Source: an uncultured Acidobacteriota bacterium (GTDB taxonomy: Bacteria; Acidobacteriota; UBA6911). Taken from it: DNA of 64,000 bases. The translations under genes and the position numbers were made by a program. The DNA lies in NCBI GenBank assembly GCA_963718845.1, contig CAVRAD010000009.1, positions 193,360 through 257,359 on the forward strand, given 5' to 3'. Positions 1 through 10,224 of this stretch are shown here, piece by piece; the first letter of the stretch is position 1, and each line of letters opens with the position of its first letter. The notes beneath the pieces are model-generated. The model did not search any database. It was given only the letters and a program-made list of their open reading frames with translations, and was not told where the DNA came from.

Positions 1-350
1 CGTTTGAGTGCTTCACTCTTCAGATTGCGGCAGCATGTGATACGGTCGGCTTTCCCGTCCGGGAACGTTTCCTTGCTGCTCAGGGCAGCTGCGTTTTCCC
101 CATACACCATGTTCAGTTTCCACTCCCTGGCCATCCGGTCGCGGTACGCGATCATTTCCGGTATTTTGAAATGCGTATCGATATGGACCAGGGGGAATGG
201 CACATGACCAAAGAAGGCCCGCCGGGCGAGCCAGAGAAGGACGGTACTGTCCTTCCCGATGGACCAGAGCATACAGAGGCTCTTAAATTCCCGGTATGCC
301 TCCCTGAGAATGTACATGCTCCTGGCTTCCAGCCTGTCGAGCGTATCCAT
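1..350 (-). CDS. cysD: Sulfate adenylyltransferase subunit 2, N-terminal part (runs off the window edge)
   Basis: Manual minus-strand translation from ATG at 350: [41 protein letters not shown]...HIDT. PP-loop SIGKDS; directly downstream of cysH. Not in the ORF track. Confidence 0.92.
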   Translation of the reverse strand, partial: MDTLDRLEARSMYILREAYREFKSLCMLWSIGKDSTVLLWLARRAFFGHVPFPLVHIDTHFKIPEMIAYRDRMAREWKLNMVYGENAAALSSKETFPDGKADRITCCRNLKSEALK

Positions 351-352
351 AG

Positions 353-1063
353 CTATCCTTTTCGCGGGCGGTTGTGCAGGCCGCATTCCTTATGTTCCGG
401 TTTTTCCCACCACCATCGTCCGGCGCGCAGATCCTCTCCCTGAGCCACCGCCCGTGTGCAAGGAGCACAGCCGATGCTGCGGAATTCTTTGTCATGCAGC
501 GCGTTATACGGAATTTGATGCTCCCGGATATAGGTCCAGACCTGATCTTCCGTCCAGTCATACAACGGGCAGATTTTATAGAGCCCCTGTGCGTCGTCCC
601 ACTCAATCGGTCCCGTCTCAGTGCGCGTGACGGATTGACCCGTGCGGAGTCCGGTGATCCAGGCTTCTAAACCGCGCAGCGCACGCGCGAGTGGCCTCGT
701 TTTGCGGACTTCACAGCAGGACTTCCGTTTCTCCACGCTTTCATAAAAAAGATTCGGGCCATCCGTTTCGATAAGGCGGGCCAGTTCGCCGGCGTCCGGT
801 GCGTACACCTCGCAGCGGATCGAATAGCGCTTCAGCGTGGCTTGCATCACGTCGTACGTCTCCTGGAACAGGCGTCCGGTATCCAAAGTGAAGAGTCGCG
901 CCGGTTTGCCGATGCCGGCCCATAGATGAGTCAACACCTGATCTTCGGCCCCGAAGCTCGTAGCCAGCGAGACGCGCGGTCCGAATTTTTCGGTCGTCCA
1001 TTTCAGGATGGCCGCGGCGTCCAGCCCCTGCAACTCATTGCCATACTCATTGCGTGGGTTCAT
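353..1063 (-). CDS. cysH: APS/PAPS reductase
   Basis: Motifs SFGAED, LDTG, CC pair (KSCCEVRK), SIGCAPCT and C-terminal RWWWE..KECGLH. CC plus CxxC indicates the Fe-S APS-reductase type. Likely start is ATG 1063, overlapping the DUF2061 stop (ATGA). Confidence 0.93.
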   Translation of the reverse strand: MNPRNEYGNELQGLDAAAILKWTTEKFGPRVSLATSFGAEDQVLTHLWAGIGKPARLFTLDTGRLFQETYDVMQATLKRYSIRCEVYAPDAGELARLIETDGPNLFYESVEKRKSCCEVRKTRPLARALRGLEAWITGLRTGQSVTRTETGPIEWDDAQGLYKICPLYDWTEDQVWTYIREHQIPYNALHDKEFRSIGCAPCTRAVAQGEDLRAGRWWWEKPEHKECGLHNRPRKG

Positions 1064-1287
1064 ATCTGGAAATCTCCCGGCAGTGGTTTGCGTCCGAACG
1101 AAATTTTGTTCCACAACCGTTCGTGAGCGTAGTAGAGAGCGACTTTCGTAAACAACTCCACGAATCCGATAGACAAGGCCCAGCGGATTTGTCCGGTAAT
1201 CAGATACGAAATGAGAATGGTGTCCACCGTACCCGTCACCCGCCACGAGATTGCTTTGGCCAGGCTGCGATAATGTTTGTCCGCCAT
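1060..1287 (-). CDS. DUF2061 small membrane protein
   Basis: RSLAKAISWR...YYAHERLW signature; translationally coupled to both neighbours. Confidence 0.85.
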   Translation of the reverse strand: MADKHYRSLAKAISWRVTGTVDTILISYLITGQIRWALSIGFVELFTKVALYYAHERLWNKISFGRKPLPGDFQI

Positions 1288-3626
1288 CAGTGTTTCTCGA
1301 TCAACACGTACCAATGGTTGCCTTCCATAGTTTGCTCCAGCACCTTGTGCCCCTCACTTTGGATGGAGCGCGGAACATTATGAATGGGAGCGCCGTCATC
1401 CAAAAGTACCGCGAGGTGCTGTCCGGCTTTCATTGTGTCCAGAACGATTTTGGCTTTTACGAAATTCATAGGACATGTCACGCCGCGCAAATCCTTGAAG
1501 ACGACTTCCATCGGCTCGACCGGCACTTCCGGCGCAGCCGCTTCCGACTTGAAATGGAAACTGTCATCCATGCTCTGGTAGAGCGAAACCACCGCAGCCA
1601 GGAAATCGTGCGCCTCTACAGCGTGCGCCTGCAATGCGGCGAAATCCCGGGAGCGGGCCGCTTGCAGAAGCGGGAGAAACCGTGCTTCTGCCAGTCCTGT
1701 GTTTACAAAATGCTCCTGGAATAAATAAAACACGCTGGATTCCCCATGCGGCTCCGCGCCGCGCGTGATGAGCAGGGCTCGGGCTGAAGAGAGGACCGCC
1801 TGATAGACAAGTGCCTCGCGGTTCCCGGCGGCGTTGTTGCTTTCCAGTGCCAAGCAGCTCTCCCGGGCTTTTTTGAGATCGAAATCAATCAAGTCATAAA
1901 GTCCGGCCGAGCATTCGCCCTGCCCGCGATTCGCAATGGAAAATGGTTCCGCCGCGCCCCAGTCCGTATAAAAGCGGGGATCCGTCTCAAAATCGGGCGC
2001 CTCTCCATATTTGCGGCACAAAGCCCGCAAATCCTCTCCACCCTCCGTCTCCAGAAACTCTCGAAATTTGCCGAAGCGGGATTTCTTGTTCAAATAGGAT
2101 TCGATAAATTCCCGGATAAAGGCGGGAAGATGACGGGCTGCCACTTCACCGGCCTTTTTCGCCAGCGCGACTTTTCTGTCCCTTGCTCGTCCCCCGGCCA
2201 CCACGACATAGGCAGGATAGACGCGCCCCCCCTTGTGTGCGGCCCTCCCGTAAAATCCCAGGTCAGCCGTCCAATGGTTGCCGCAGCTATTAGGACAGCC
2301 GGAGAGGTTCATTTGAAAATCCCCCAGGTCATCCAACGGCAGATTCGCCTGTGTAATATTCTCAGTGATGGCAGCCATCGCTGGACGCGGCAGGCAGATG
2401 CCCAGCTTGCAGGTGGAGGCGCCCGTGCAGACGACCGCCCGCCCAAGGAAGGGGGCCGAACCGATCAGCTCATTCCAGCCCTTCAATCGCGCATAGACGT
2501 TGCCCAGATGGGATTCCGGAATGTGGCGCAAGAGGAGATTCTGTTCTCGAGTGCAGCGCAGGACATCCGGCCCGAACGGTTCCAGGAAATCTGCCAGGCC
2601 GATCGCCTGGTCTGCCGGCAGATTGCCGTGCGGCACGGGGAAAAGAACTTGCCGGAAACCGGGGCGCCGGTGCGGAAGGACATAGCGTCGCTTCCATCTC
2701 TCAAATTCTTCGCCATCCTCTGGTACCGGCAGCGGCAGCACTTCTGACGGCTCCGGGGCCACGGACTTCCACTCCAGAGGGGCTGGATTAGTTGCGCGCA
2801 CTTCCGCCCAAAAGAATCGATACTGCTCCAGAAACGCTTGTTCCCCCATGTCTTCCCAGAGAAAGCGCAATCGGTTCCGATGCTTGTTGCGGCGGTTCCC
2901 ATGCCGGTTGAAAAGACGCTTGACCGCTTCCGCCGCGACATAAACCTCCTCGGCCGGCAAAAACTCATGGACGAGTTGTCCGGGGGCGGGTTTGGCTCCG
3001 AGACCTCCGGCCAGATATACGATGAATCCCGGCCGATCATCTTTGCGAGTTGCCACGAAGCCGACATCCTGGAAGGCCGCCAGTTCGGTGTCGGCTTCCG
3101 TATTGGAAAAAGAAATTTTGAATTTGCGTGGCAGCAGCCACGAGTTAGCCTCGGCCAAAAGGCGGCTTGTGAGGGCAAACACATAAGGAGATATGTCAAA
3201 AGGTTCTCCTGGATCCGCTCCCGCGGATGGCGAAGCCGTAATGTTGCGCACCGTGTTGCCGCCGCCTCCTCGCGTCGCCAGACCCGCATCCTTGAGCGTG
3301 CGCATGATTGGGATGATGTTCTGCAACAGGATGTCGTGCAGCTGCAGCTCCTGCCGGGTAGTGATATGAAGCGTGGCGGCGCCAAATTTCTGTGCTAATT
3401 GGGCGGCCGTGCGCAATTGTCGAGGAGTAACCGCGCCGCCGGGACAGCGCATGCGCATCATGTAGGTGTGGCATTTTCGCTGCTCGTAAACGCCGAAAGG
3501 CACGCGGTGAGATTTGAGTTCCTCAAGCTTCATGCGTCCCGAAATGGCATCCTGAATCTTTTTTCCCAGCTCCGCCATTTCCATTTCCAATTGCTGAGGC
3601 AAATTGTAAAACACGATTTCCCCCAT
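1287..3626 (-). CDS. Siroheme sulfite/nitrite reductase fused to a HEPN-like domain and a C-terminal TusA/SirA domain
   Basis: HITTRQ and VRNI motifs, LPRKFK, siroheme/4Fe-4S ligands CTGASTC and SGCPNSC, HEPN-like YQAVLSSARALL...F...FVNTG, TusA-type DLRGVTCPMNFVK. Confidence 0.9.
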   Translation of the reverse strand: MGEIVFYNLPQQLEMEMAELGKKIQDAISGRMKLEELKSHRVPFGVYEQRKCHTYMMRMRCPGGAVTPRQLRTAAQLAQKFGAATLHITTRQELQLHDILLQNIIPIMRTLKDAGLATRGGGGNTVRNITASPSAGADPGEPFDISPYVFALTSRLLAEANSWLLPRKFKISFSNTEADTELAAFQDVGFVATRKDDRPGFIVYLAGGLGAKPAPGQLVHEFLPAEEVYVAAEAVKRLFNRHGNRRNKHRNRLRFLWEDMGEQAFLEQYRFFWAEVRATNPAPLEWKSVAPEPSEVLPLPVPEDGEEFERWKRRYVLPHRRPGFRQVLFPVPHGNLPADQAIGLADFLEPFGPDVLRCTREQNLLLRHIPESHLGNVYARLKGWNELIGSAPFLGRAVVCTGASTCKLGICLPRPAMAAITENITQANLPLDDLGDFQMNLSGCPNSCGNHWTADLGFYGRAAHKGGRVYPAYVVVAGGRARDRKVALAKKAGEVAARHLPAFIREFIESYLNKKSRFGKFREFLETEGGEDLRALCRKYGEAPDFETDPRFYTDWGAAEPFSIANRGQGECSAGLYDLIDFDLKKARESCLALESNNAAGNREALVYQAVLSSARALLITRGAEPHGESSVFYLFQEHFVNTGLAEARFLPLLQAARSRDFAALQAHAVEAHDFLAAVVSLYQSMDDSFHFKSEAAAPEVPVEPMEVVFKDLRGVTCPMNFVKAKIVLDTMKAGQHLAVLLDDGAPIHNVPRSIQSEGHKVLEQTMEGNHWYVLIEKH

Positions 3627-4441
3627 TATCTTTTGTCGTTACGATTGCATGCCGCAGGAGCTTCGTCTTTCAGTTCCGTAATGACCGGATGTGTCCCGCA
3701 AACGGGGCATTCCGGATTCCGTTTGAGCGGAATCTTACGGAAATCCATCGAAAGAGCATCGAAGGTCAATAGAGAGTCCGTTAAAAGGCTCCCGGCGCCG
3801 ATCGCAAATTTTAAAGCTTCTGCCGCCTGGATGGTGCCGAGCATTCCCGCGACTGCGCCTAACACGCCGGCCTCGGAACACGTGGGAACAACGCCCTGCG
3901 GCGGCGGCGCCTGAAATATGCAGCGGTAGCACGCCGACTTTCCCGGCAGAATGGTCATCGTCTGGCCGCTGAACATCAGGATCCCGCCGTGGGAATAGGG
4001 TCGTCCGGCTAACACGCAGGCGTCGTTAATCAAAAACTTTGCGGCGAAGTTGTCCGTGCCGTCGATAGCGAAATCATATTGCTCGATGAGCGGAAGGATG
4101 TTTTCGGCGCGCACGAATTCCGGATGCAGGCGCACGTGAACGTCCGGGTTAATGCGCTTGACCTTGTCCTCTGCGGAAAGGACTTTGGCTTTGCCTACAT
4201 CCTCGGAGAAATGAATGACCTGACGCTGCAGGTTGGATAGTTCCACCGTATCGCCGTCGGCGATGCCGAGCGTTCCCACACCGGCGGCTGCCAGATAGAG
4301 CGCTGCCGGCGCACCCAGGCCGCCTGCGCCGATAATAAGAATTTTGGCGTTCCACAGCCGGCGTTGTCCTTCTACGCCCACGTCCTTTAAAAGAATGTGG
4401 CGGCTGTAGCGCTCCATGCGTTCTTCCGTAAATTCCATCAC
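3626..4441 (-). CDS. MoeB/ThiF/HesA-family adenylyltransferase (sulfur-carrier activating)
   Basis: RYSRH, GAGGLG, SNLQRQ, DGTDN, two CxxC motifs (CYRC, CPVC) and active-site region TCSEAGVLG. Confidence 0.93.
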   Translation of the reverse strand: MMEFTEERMERYSRHILLKDVGVEGQRRLWNAKILIIGAGGLGAPAALYLAAAGVGTLGIADGDTVELSNLQRQVIHFSEDVGKAKVLSAEDKVKRINPDVHVRLHPEFVRAENILPLIEQYDFAIDGTDNFAAKFLINDACVLAGRPYSHGGILMFSGQTMTILPGKSACYRCIFQAPPPQGVVPTCSEAGVLGAVAGMLGTIQAAEALKFAIGAGSLLTDSLLTFDALSMDFRKIPLKRNPECPVCGTHPVITELKDEAPAACNRNDKR

Positions 4442-4460
4442 TATTCCTCAGAAATGAGGG

Positions 4461-5390
4461 CTAACCTTTCAGAAAGCCGGGAAGGCTGCTGTAGCGCTCG
4501 CCTGAATCCGGAAAAATAAGGACGATACAGGAAGACTGGACCTCCGGATGAGTCTTGAGATATTGGGCCGTCCCCGCCGACACTGCGCCGGAAGAGAGAC
4601 CGGCCAGAATTCCTTCGCGGCGGATCAACTCGCGGGTGAAAGTGAACGCCATTTCATTGGTGACCTTGACGATGGCATCGATGCATTTCCTATCCAGAAC
4701 GGACGGCACGAATCCTGCGCCAATGCCTTGAATTACGTGGGCGCCGCAGGCGGCGCCGCTCAAAACCGCCGACGCCGCCGGCTCCACCGCAATCATTTGG
4801 ACCGAGGGCTTCCGCGCTTTTAGTTTTCGTCCCACGCCCGTAAGCGTGCCTCCGGTTCCAATGCCGCACACCACAATGTCCACTTTGCCGTCCGTATCCG
4901 CCCAGATTTCCTCGGCCGTGGTCTCTTCGTGAACGGCAGGATTGGCGGGATTGTCGAACTGGCTGACCAGGAAGGCTCCCTGGGTCTTCCGCTTAATTTC
5001 GAGCGCCCGGTCTATTGCCCCTCTCATGCCAAGGTGCGCGGGGGTCAATTCCAGCTGAACCCCGAACAGTTTCAGAAGATTCCGCCGTTCTACGCTCATG
5101 GAATCGGGCATGGTAATGATCAACGGATATCCGCGCGCCGCCGCGATGAATGCCAGTGCGATGCCGGTATTGCCGCTGGTGGCTTCAATTATAGTCGCCC
5201 CTGGCGTAAGAAGGCCGCGACGTTCCGCATCCTCAATCATGGATATGGCCGGCCGATCCTTTACGGATGAGCACGGATTGAACTGCTCCAGTTTGGCCGC
5301 AATAAGATTGGAGCCCGAGTCGATGATTTTGTTCAGCCGCACCAGCGGAGTGTGGCCGATCAGCTTTGTAATATCTTCTGCTATGCGCAC
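4461..5390 (-). CDS. cysK: Cysteine synthase A
   Basis: PLP lysine in SVKDR, EATSGNTG, GIGTGGT, IQGIGAG, PDSGERY. Confidence 0.95.
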   Translation of the reverse strand: MRIAEDITKLIGHTPLVRLNKIIDSGSNLIAAKLEQFNPCSSVKDRPAISMIEDAERRGLLTPGATIIEATSGNTGIALAFIAAARGYPLIITMPDSMSVERRNLLKLFGVQLELTPAHLGMRGAIDRALEIKRKTQGAFLVSQFDNPANPAVHEETTAEEIWADTDGKVDIVVCGIGTGGTLTGVGRKLKARKPSVQMIAVEPAASAVLSGAACGAHVIQGIGAGFVPSVLDRKCIDAIVKVTNEMAFTFTRELIRREGILAGLSSGAVSAGTAQYLKTHPEVQSSCIVLIFPDSGERYSSLPGFLKG

Positions 5391-5401
5391 GGATGTTTCT
5401 C

Positions 5402-5815
5402 CTATATATGGAACACGATTTGACGATCGAACTTTTCCTGCCGCTGTAATACCTCCGACAGCGGTACATCAAGCGCCTTGCGGATTTGTTCCTCCGCCTG
5501 TCGATAGATCTCCTTCACTGCGTCGTCGGTCGGGTGGCTTTGGGAGAATTCCAGTGGGCCTTCAAGAGCTTCCAGGAGGGCTAGGAGTGTTATTTCGGTG
5601 GGAGGATGCGCGAGGGCATATCCCCCGTTTTTCCCTCGCACTGCGCGAACCAGTCCTGCATGAATGAGGCGGTTCAACAACTGCTCCAGATATTGCTGCG
5701 AAATATCGTGTCGGCCGGCAATGTCTTTAACTTGGAGCAGACCGCCGCCATAGTGGCGAGCCATTTCCATAAGCGCCGACAGGCTATAGCGTGTTTTCGT
5801 CGTCAAAGCAAACAT
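5402..5815 (-). CDS. Rrf2-family regulator, CymR-like (no Fe-S cysteines)
   Basis: YLEQLL...RG..GGY winged-HTH; lacks the IscR Cys ligands; first gene of the cys operon. Confidence 0.88.
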   Translation of the reverse strand: MFALTTKTRYSLSALMEMARHYGGGLLQVKDIAGRHDISQQYLEQLLNRLIHAGLVRAVRGKNGGYALAHPPTEITLLALLEALEGPLEFSQSHPTDDAVKEIYRQAEEQIRKALDVPLSEVLQRQEKFDRQIVFHI

Positions 5816-5822
5816 AATATCA

Positions 5823-5844
5823 CCTTGTTGATTAACAAGGTCAA
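5823..5844. promoter_or_regulatory. Putative Rrf2 operator overlapping the rrf2 RBS
   Basis: Palindrome CCTTGTT-GATT-AACAAGG (5823-5840) overlapping TTGAT-N7-GTCAA, which resembles IscR/Rrf2-type boxes. Confidence 0.45.
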
Positions 5845-5917
5845 GTTATATAGTGTCGACGAATTTGTGTCAAGAATTTTGTATGGATCTCTCCAAAACA
5901 TGGGAGTCGGGGCTGAA

Positions 5918-6159
5918 GAGGCTGTCTCAAAACTCGCATTGGGCGGGCCTTCAGCCCTTGATTTCCTTTTGCTACCTTTTCCTGGGGCTTCGCCCCAGGC
6001 TGGTATGGATCGCGCCTTCGGCGCTTTAAACCCCTAATTATACAGTATCTTAAGCGCCGAAGGCGCTCTATATCAGCCTAGGGCGAAGCCCTAGGAATCT
6101 AGTGACAAACAGAAAAAGGGCTGTAAGCCCGCTCAATGGGCGAGTTTTGAGACAGTCTC
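5918..6159. mobile_element. 242-bp MITE-like element with 4-bp TGAA target duplication, inserted in a REP hairpin loop
   Basis: Ends GAGGCTGTCTCAAAACTCGC / GCGAGTTTTGAGACAGTCTC. TGAA at 5914-5917 and 6160-6163. The flanks rejoin to GTCGGGGC-TGAA-GCCCCGAC, which is intact at 29500-29519. Confidence 0.82.
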
Positions 6160-6359
6160 TGAAGCCCCGACCCACAGGAAGAAGCTTTATAGGGACGCTG
6201 CCTGCATAGATGGGAATTAAATACCCGATCAGGGAAAATTGCCTTCGAAATCTAGATGGATAAAAAAGGGGATTGATGGCTGCGAATTTTCTCAAATATG
6301 CACCGATCGCTATACAATCTGCGTGGGTCTGCAGTGGACAATGAACCCTCCAATCAAAC

Positions 6360-6375
6360 TGGCCCGAACGTTGCA
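6360..6375 (+). promoter_or_regulatory. Putative sigma54 (-24/-12) promoter for the Crp/Fnr gene
   Basis: TGGCCC-GAACG-TTGCA matches TGGCAC-N5-TTGCW, ~50 bp upstream of the ORF. Confidence 0.55.
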
Positions 6376-6424
6376 TAGCAAGAGTCGTGTTTGTTTTTTT
6401 TGAGCAACAACCCCGTGTCCAAGG

Positions 6425-7132
6425 ATGGTTTCAATGACCCTGGCAACCCCGTTGGCTTACTACATGCATCCCCCCGAACTGAACGGCCAAAGCCCTGCCT
6501 CGACTTTGTTTGAAAGCATGGAACAACGTTTCGGAGACACATGCGCTCCAATCTCTGTAAAAAGAAATAGTGTGATTTGCGGTCAGGGAACGAGGATTTC
6601 CTGCTTATATCTGATTAAACAGGGAGAAATCCTGCTGACCCGGGTATCGGCGGACGGTCGCGAGACGTTGATCTCCGTCCTTGGTCCCGGGGATTTCTTC
6701 GGCGAAAGTGCGCTGCTCGGCGGCACCTCCGTAACCTTCAGCGCCAGGACCACAAAGCGGTCCATGCTATTGATGCTTCCCGAGCGAAAGTTCAAGCTCC
6801 TGCTGGAAGATCCCTGGGCTTGCCGCATATTGCTGGAAACCACCGCGCGACGCTGCGATGACGCCTGGACACAGATGGAGCTTCTCGGCTGCACGCATGC
6901 CAGGGATAAGGTTCGCTCGGGATTAATGTGGCTATCCGGGAGATTTGGGGTGGAGACTCAGGACGGAGTCCGCATCGATCTTAATCAGACCCAACTCGCA
7001 CGAATGGTCGGTTGCGCCCGCGAAACTCTCAGCCGCGAGGTGAGCGAACTGAGACGGCTACGCACCATCAAGGTGCATCAAAGCAACGGTCGAAAATCGT
7101 TCTTCGTTGTAAAGCCCGAAGAGCTCTGCTAG
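6425..7132 (+). CDS. Crp/Fnr-family transcriptional regulator
   Basis: cNMP-binding beta-roll (LGPGDFFGESALL) and C-terminal HTH (LARMVGCARETLSR). Confidence 0.9.
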   Translation: MVSMTLATPLAYYMHPPELNGQSPASTLFESMEQRFGDTCAPISVKRNSVICGQGTRISCLYLIKQGEILLTRVSADGRETLISVLGPGDFFGESALLGGTSVTFSARTTKRSMLLMLPERKFKLLLEDPWACRILLETTARRCDDAWTQMELLGCTHARDKVRSGLMWLSGRFGVETQDGVRIDLNQTQLARMVGCARETLSREVSELRRLRTIKVHQSNGRKSFFVVKPEELC

Positions 7133-7388
7133 CCGGCCACGTTTTGTCAGTACCAATGTCTGGCCGCCAATTGATGCGAATTTTGACGCCAGATATCATT
7201 CCCTGCAATTAACAAACGCCATCTATTGCTGCAAGTAAATTGCCTGAACGGTCTCGCCAGCCACGTATCTATGCGCTGAGTTGTAGCGCTCGCCGAAATC
7301 CCCTCATGTGCATGCAGCAGGACTGGAGGATTTAGAGAGGAAGGCTTACTGTGATATATTATTACTTTTCTCAGGAGATAATCAGGCT

Positions 7389-10224
7389 GTGACACTCGAC
7401 ATAAAGAATACTCTTAATCTGCCAAAGACATCCTTCAGCATGAAGGCGAATCTGCCACAGCGCGAACCGGAAATGCTGCGGCACTGGGACAAGATTGATG
7501 TGTACGCCAGGATCCGCAAAGCCCGCGCCGGATCTCCCGGGTATGTCCTTCATGACGGTCCTCCCTACGCCAACGGCGCCATTCACATGGGCACCGCCAT
7601 GAACAAGATCATCAAGGACATAATCGTAAAATCGCGCTCGATGATGGGCTTCGACGCTCCGTACGTCCCCGGATGGGACTGCCACGGGCTCCCCATCGAA
7701 ATCAAAGTCGAGGAACAGCTGGGGCCGAAAAAGGCGCAGATGAGCAAAGTGGCCATCCGCCGCGAGTGCCGCAAATACGCCGAGAAATTTATCGAAGTGC
7801 AGCGCCAGGGATTCAAGCGCCTGGAAGTATTCGGCGAGTGGGCCAATCCCTACCTGACCATGAACTATCAGTACGAAGCGGATATCGCCCGCGCTCTGGG
7901 CGAATTTGTGGACAAGGGTCTGGTATATAAAGGGCTCAAGCCGGTTCACTGGTGCTTCTCCTGCAAAACCGCGCTGGCTGAAGCCGAAGTGGAATATGAA
8001 GACCACACAAGTCCGTCGATCTACGTCGCGTTTCCCGTCGAGTCGGATCTGTCCGATATCGACCCGAATCTCTCCGGCAAAGACTGGTCGGTCGTTATCT
8101 GGACCACGACCCCGTGGACGCTGCCCGCCAATCTCGCAATCGCTTTCCACCCGGAGTATCAGTACTCCGCCGTGCGCGTGAACGGCAAAGGCTACATCAT
8201 TGCCACGGAATTGCTCAAAACCGTTTCCGAAAAACTCGGATGGAGTGAACCCCGGGAAGTGGCCCGGTTCCAGGGCAAGGCGCTTGAAAGGCGCAAGGCG
8301 CGCCATCCCTTTATCGATCGGGAATCGCTATGCGTATTGGGAAATTATGTGACGCTCGATGCCGGCACCGGTTGTGTGCATACGGCTCCCGGACACGGCT
8401 ACGACGACTATGTCACGGGCGTCCACTACGGGCTCGATGTTTTCTGCCCCGTCGATGATGCCGGCAAGTTCCCGAGCAGTGTGGAACGGTTTGCAGGATT
8501 GGAGGTTTTTGAGGCCAATCCGAAGATTGTGAACTACATGCGCGAAACCGGCGTCCTGCTATATACGGAAGATTTCAGCCACACCTATCCTCACTGCTGG
8601 CGTTGCCATAAGCCGGTGATCTTCCGCGCAACCCCGCAATGGTTCATCGCCCTGGATAAAAACAATTTCCGGCAAAACGCGCTGGAAGCGATCCAAAAGG
8701 TACGTTGGATCCCCTCCTGGGGCGAAGAGCGCATCGGCAATATGGTGCGCGAACGGCCCGACTGGTGCATTTCGCGCCAGCGCGCGTGGGGAGTGCCGAT
8801 CGTCGCGTTTTACTGCAAAGCCTGCGACCAGGTCCTGCTGCGCAAAGACATTATCGATCACGTCGCCTCCATCTTTGCGAAGGAGGGAGCGGATGCATGG
8901 TATGCCCATACTCCGGCGGAGCTGCTGCCGCAGGGGACGGTCTGCGCCCAGTGCGGAGAAAACGATTTCCGGCAGGAGTTCGATATCCTTGATGTCTGGT
9001 TTGATTCCGGCAGCAGCCATCTCGCAACCTTGGGTGCCCGCCCGGATCTCCCCTGGCCGGCCGACCTCTATATCGAGGGCGGAGATCAGTACCGCGGCTG
9101 GTTTCAGAGTTCGCTGCTGATCGCAGTGGCCTTGCGCGGCGCGGCGCCCTATCGCGCCGCCATCACGCACGGCTGGACCCTGGATGAAAAAGGCCGGGCG
9201 ATGTCCAAATCGAAAGGGATCGGCATCGATCCGAACGATCTTGTCAAAGCCAGGGGCGCGGAAATCGCGCGCCTCCTTGTGAGCTCCGTAAGCTACGTCG
9301 AAGATGTGCGCATATTCGACGAACTGCTCGACCGGCTCGGCGAAGCGTATAGGAAAATCCGCAACACGTGCCGGTTTATGCTGGGCAACCTGAGCAATCA
9401 GCAGGATGCCAAACATCCGCACTTCAATCCTGAAACCGATCGCGTGCCCTATGACCAGATGCTCGAAATCGACCGCTGGGCGCTGGCGCGGAAAGGAACG
9501 CTCATCCAGAAGTGCCTCAAGGGCTACGAGGACTACCAGTTCCATCAGGTCTACAGTGCCCTGTACAATTTCTGCACTGTCGACATGTCGGCTTTCTATC
9601 TCGATATCCTGAAAGACCGGCTCTACACTTCCGCGACGCATTCCCTGGCACGGCGCTCGGCGCAGACGGCGCTCTGGGAAATCCTCGACGCCTTCACGCG
9701 CCTCATCGCCCCGATCCTGTCGTTTACCAGCGAAGAGGTGTATCACGCCATGTACGAAGGCTGCCCGCCGGAGACCCGGTCCGCTTCCGTGCACGAACTG
9801 CTCTTCCCGAAGTATGACGATGATGCAGGATGCCGAGTACCTCCTGGCGGAATGGGAAAAGCTGCGGACTGTGCGCGAGTCGGTCCTGAAATCCCTGGAG
9901 GAAGTCCGGCAAAGCGGAACCATCGGCAACTCGCTCGAGGCCAAGATAGTGATCCGCGCTTCCGGCGAAACCGCCGCGCTTCTGCGGCGCCATGAAAACG
10001 ATCTGAGATTTATTTTTATCGTCTCCCAGGTTGCCGTCGAGGAGTCTTCGGGGGCAGAGGAAAGCCTGCAAATTGAGGTTTTAAAGGCGGCGGGATCAAA
10101 GTGCGAACGGTGCTGGAACTACTCCGTCGAAATCGGCAAAGACAGCGACTGGCCGACGCTTTGCGAGCGCTGCATACCAGCCATAAACGAAATTGACGAA
10201 TTGACGAATGACGAATACGATTGA
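7389..10224 (+). CDS. ileS: Isoleucyl-tRNA synthetase (type 1), frameshifted near 9820-9830
   Basis: HDGPPYANG/HMGT (HIGH), WCISRQR, AMSKS. The C-terminal Zn finger KCERCW..LCERC is in the second ORF (9814..10224). GTG start at 7389 after an AGGAG. Confidence 0.95.

Noticed and set aside
7133-7388. T-box riboswitch upstream of ileS
   Set aside because: I could not find the T-box consensus or a terminator/antiterminator pair.
9810-9840. Programmed frameshift in ileS or other split genes
   Set aside because: No consistent slippery heptamer or stimulatory structure, and the breaks are too many and too scattered; indel error is simpler.
7371-9944. Long minus-strand ORFs (311 and 461 aa) opposite ileS, and similar ones opposite uvrC, aor and trpA
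   Set aside because: Antisense shadows typical of GC-rich coding DNA; no recognisable motifs.
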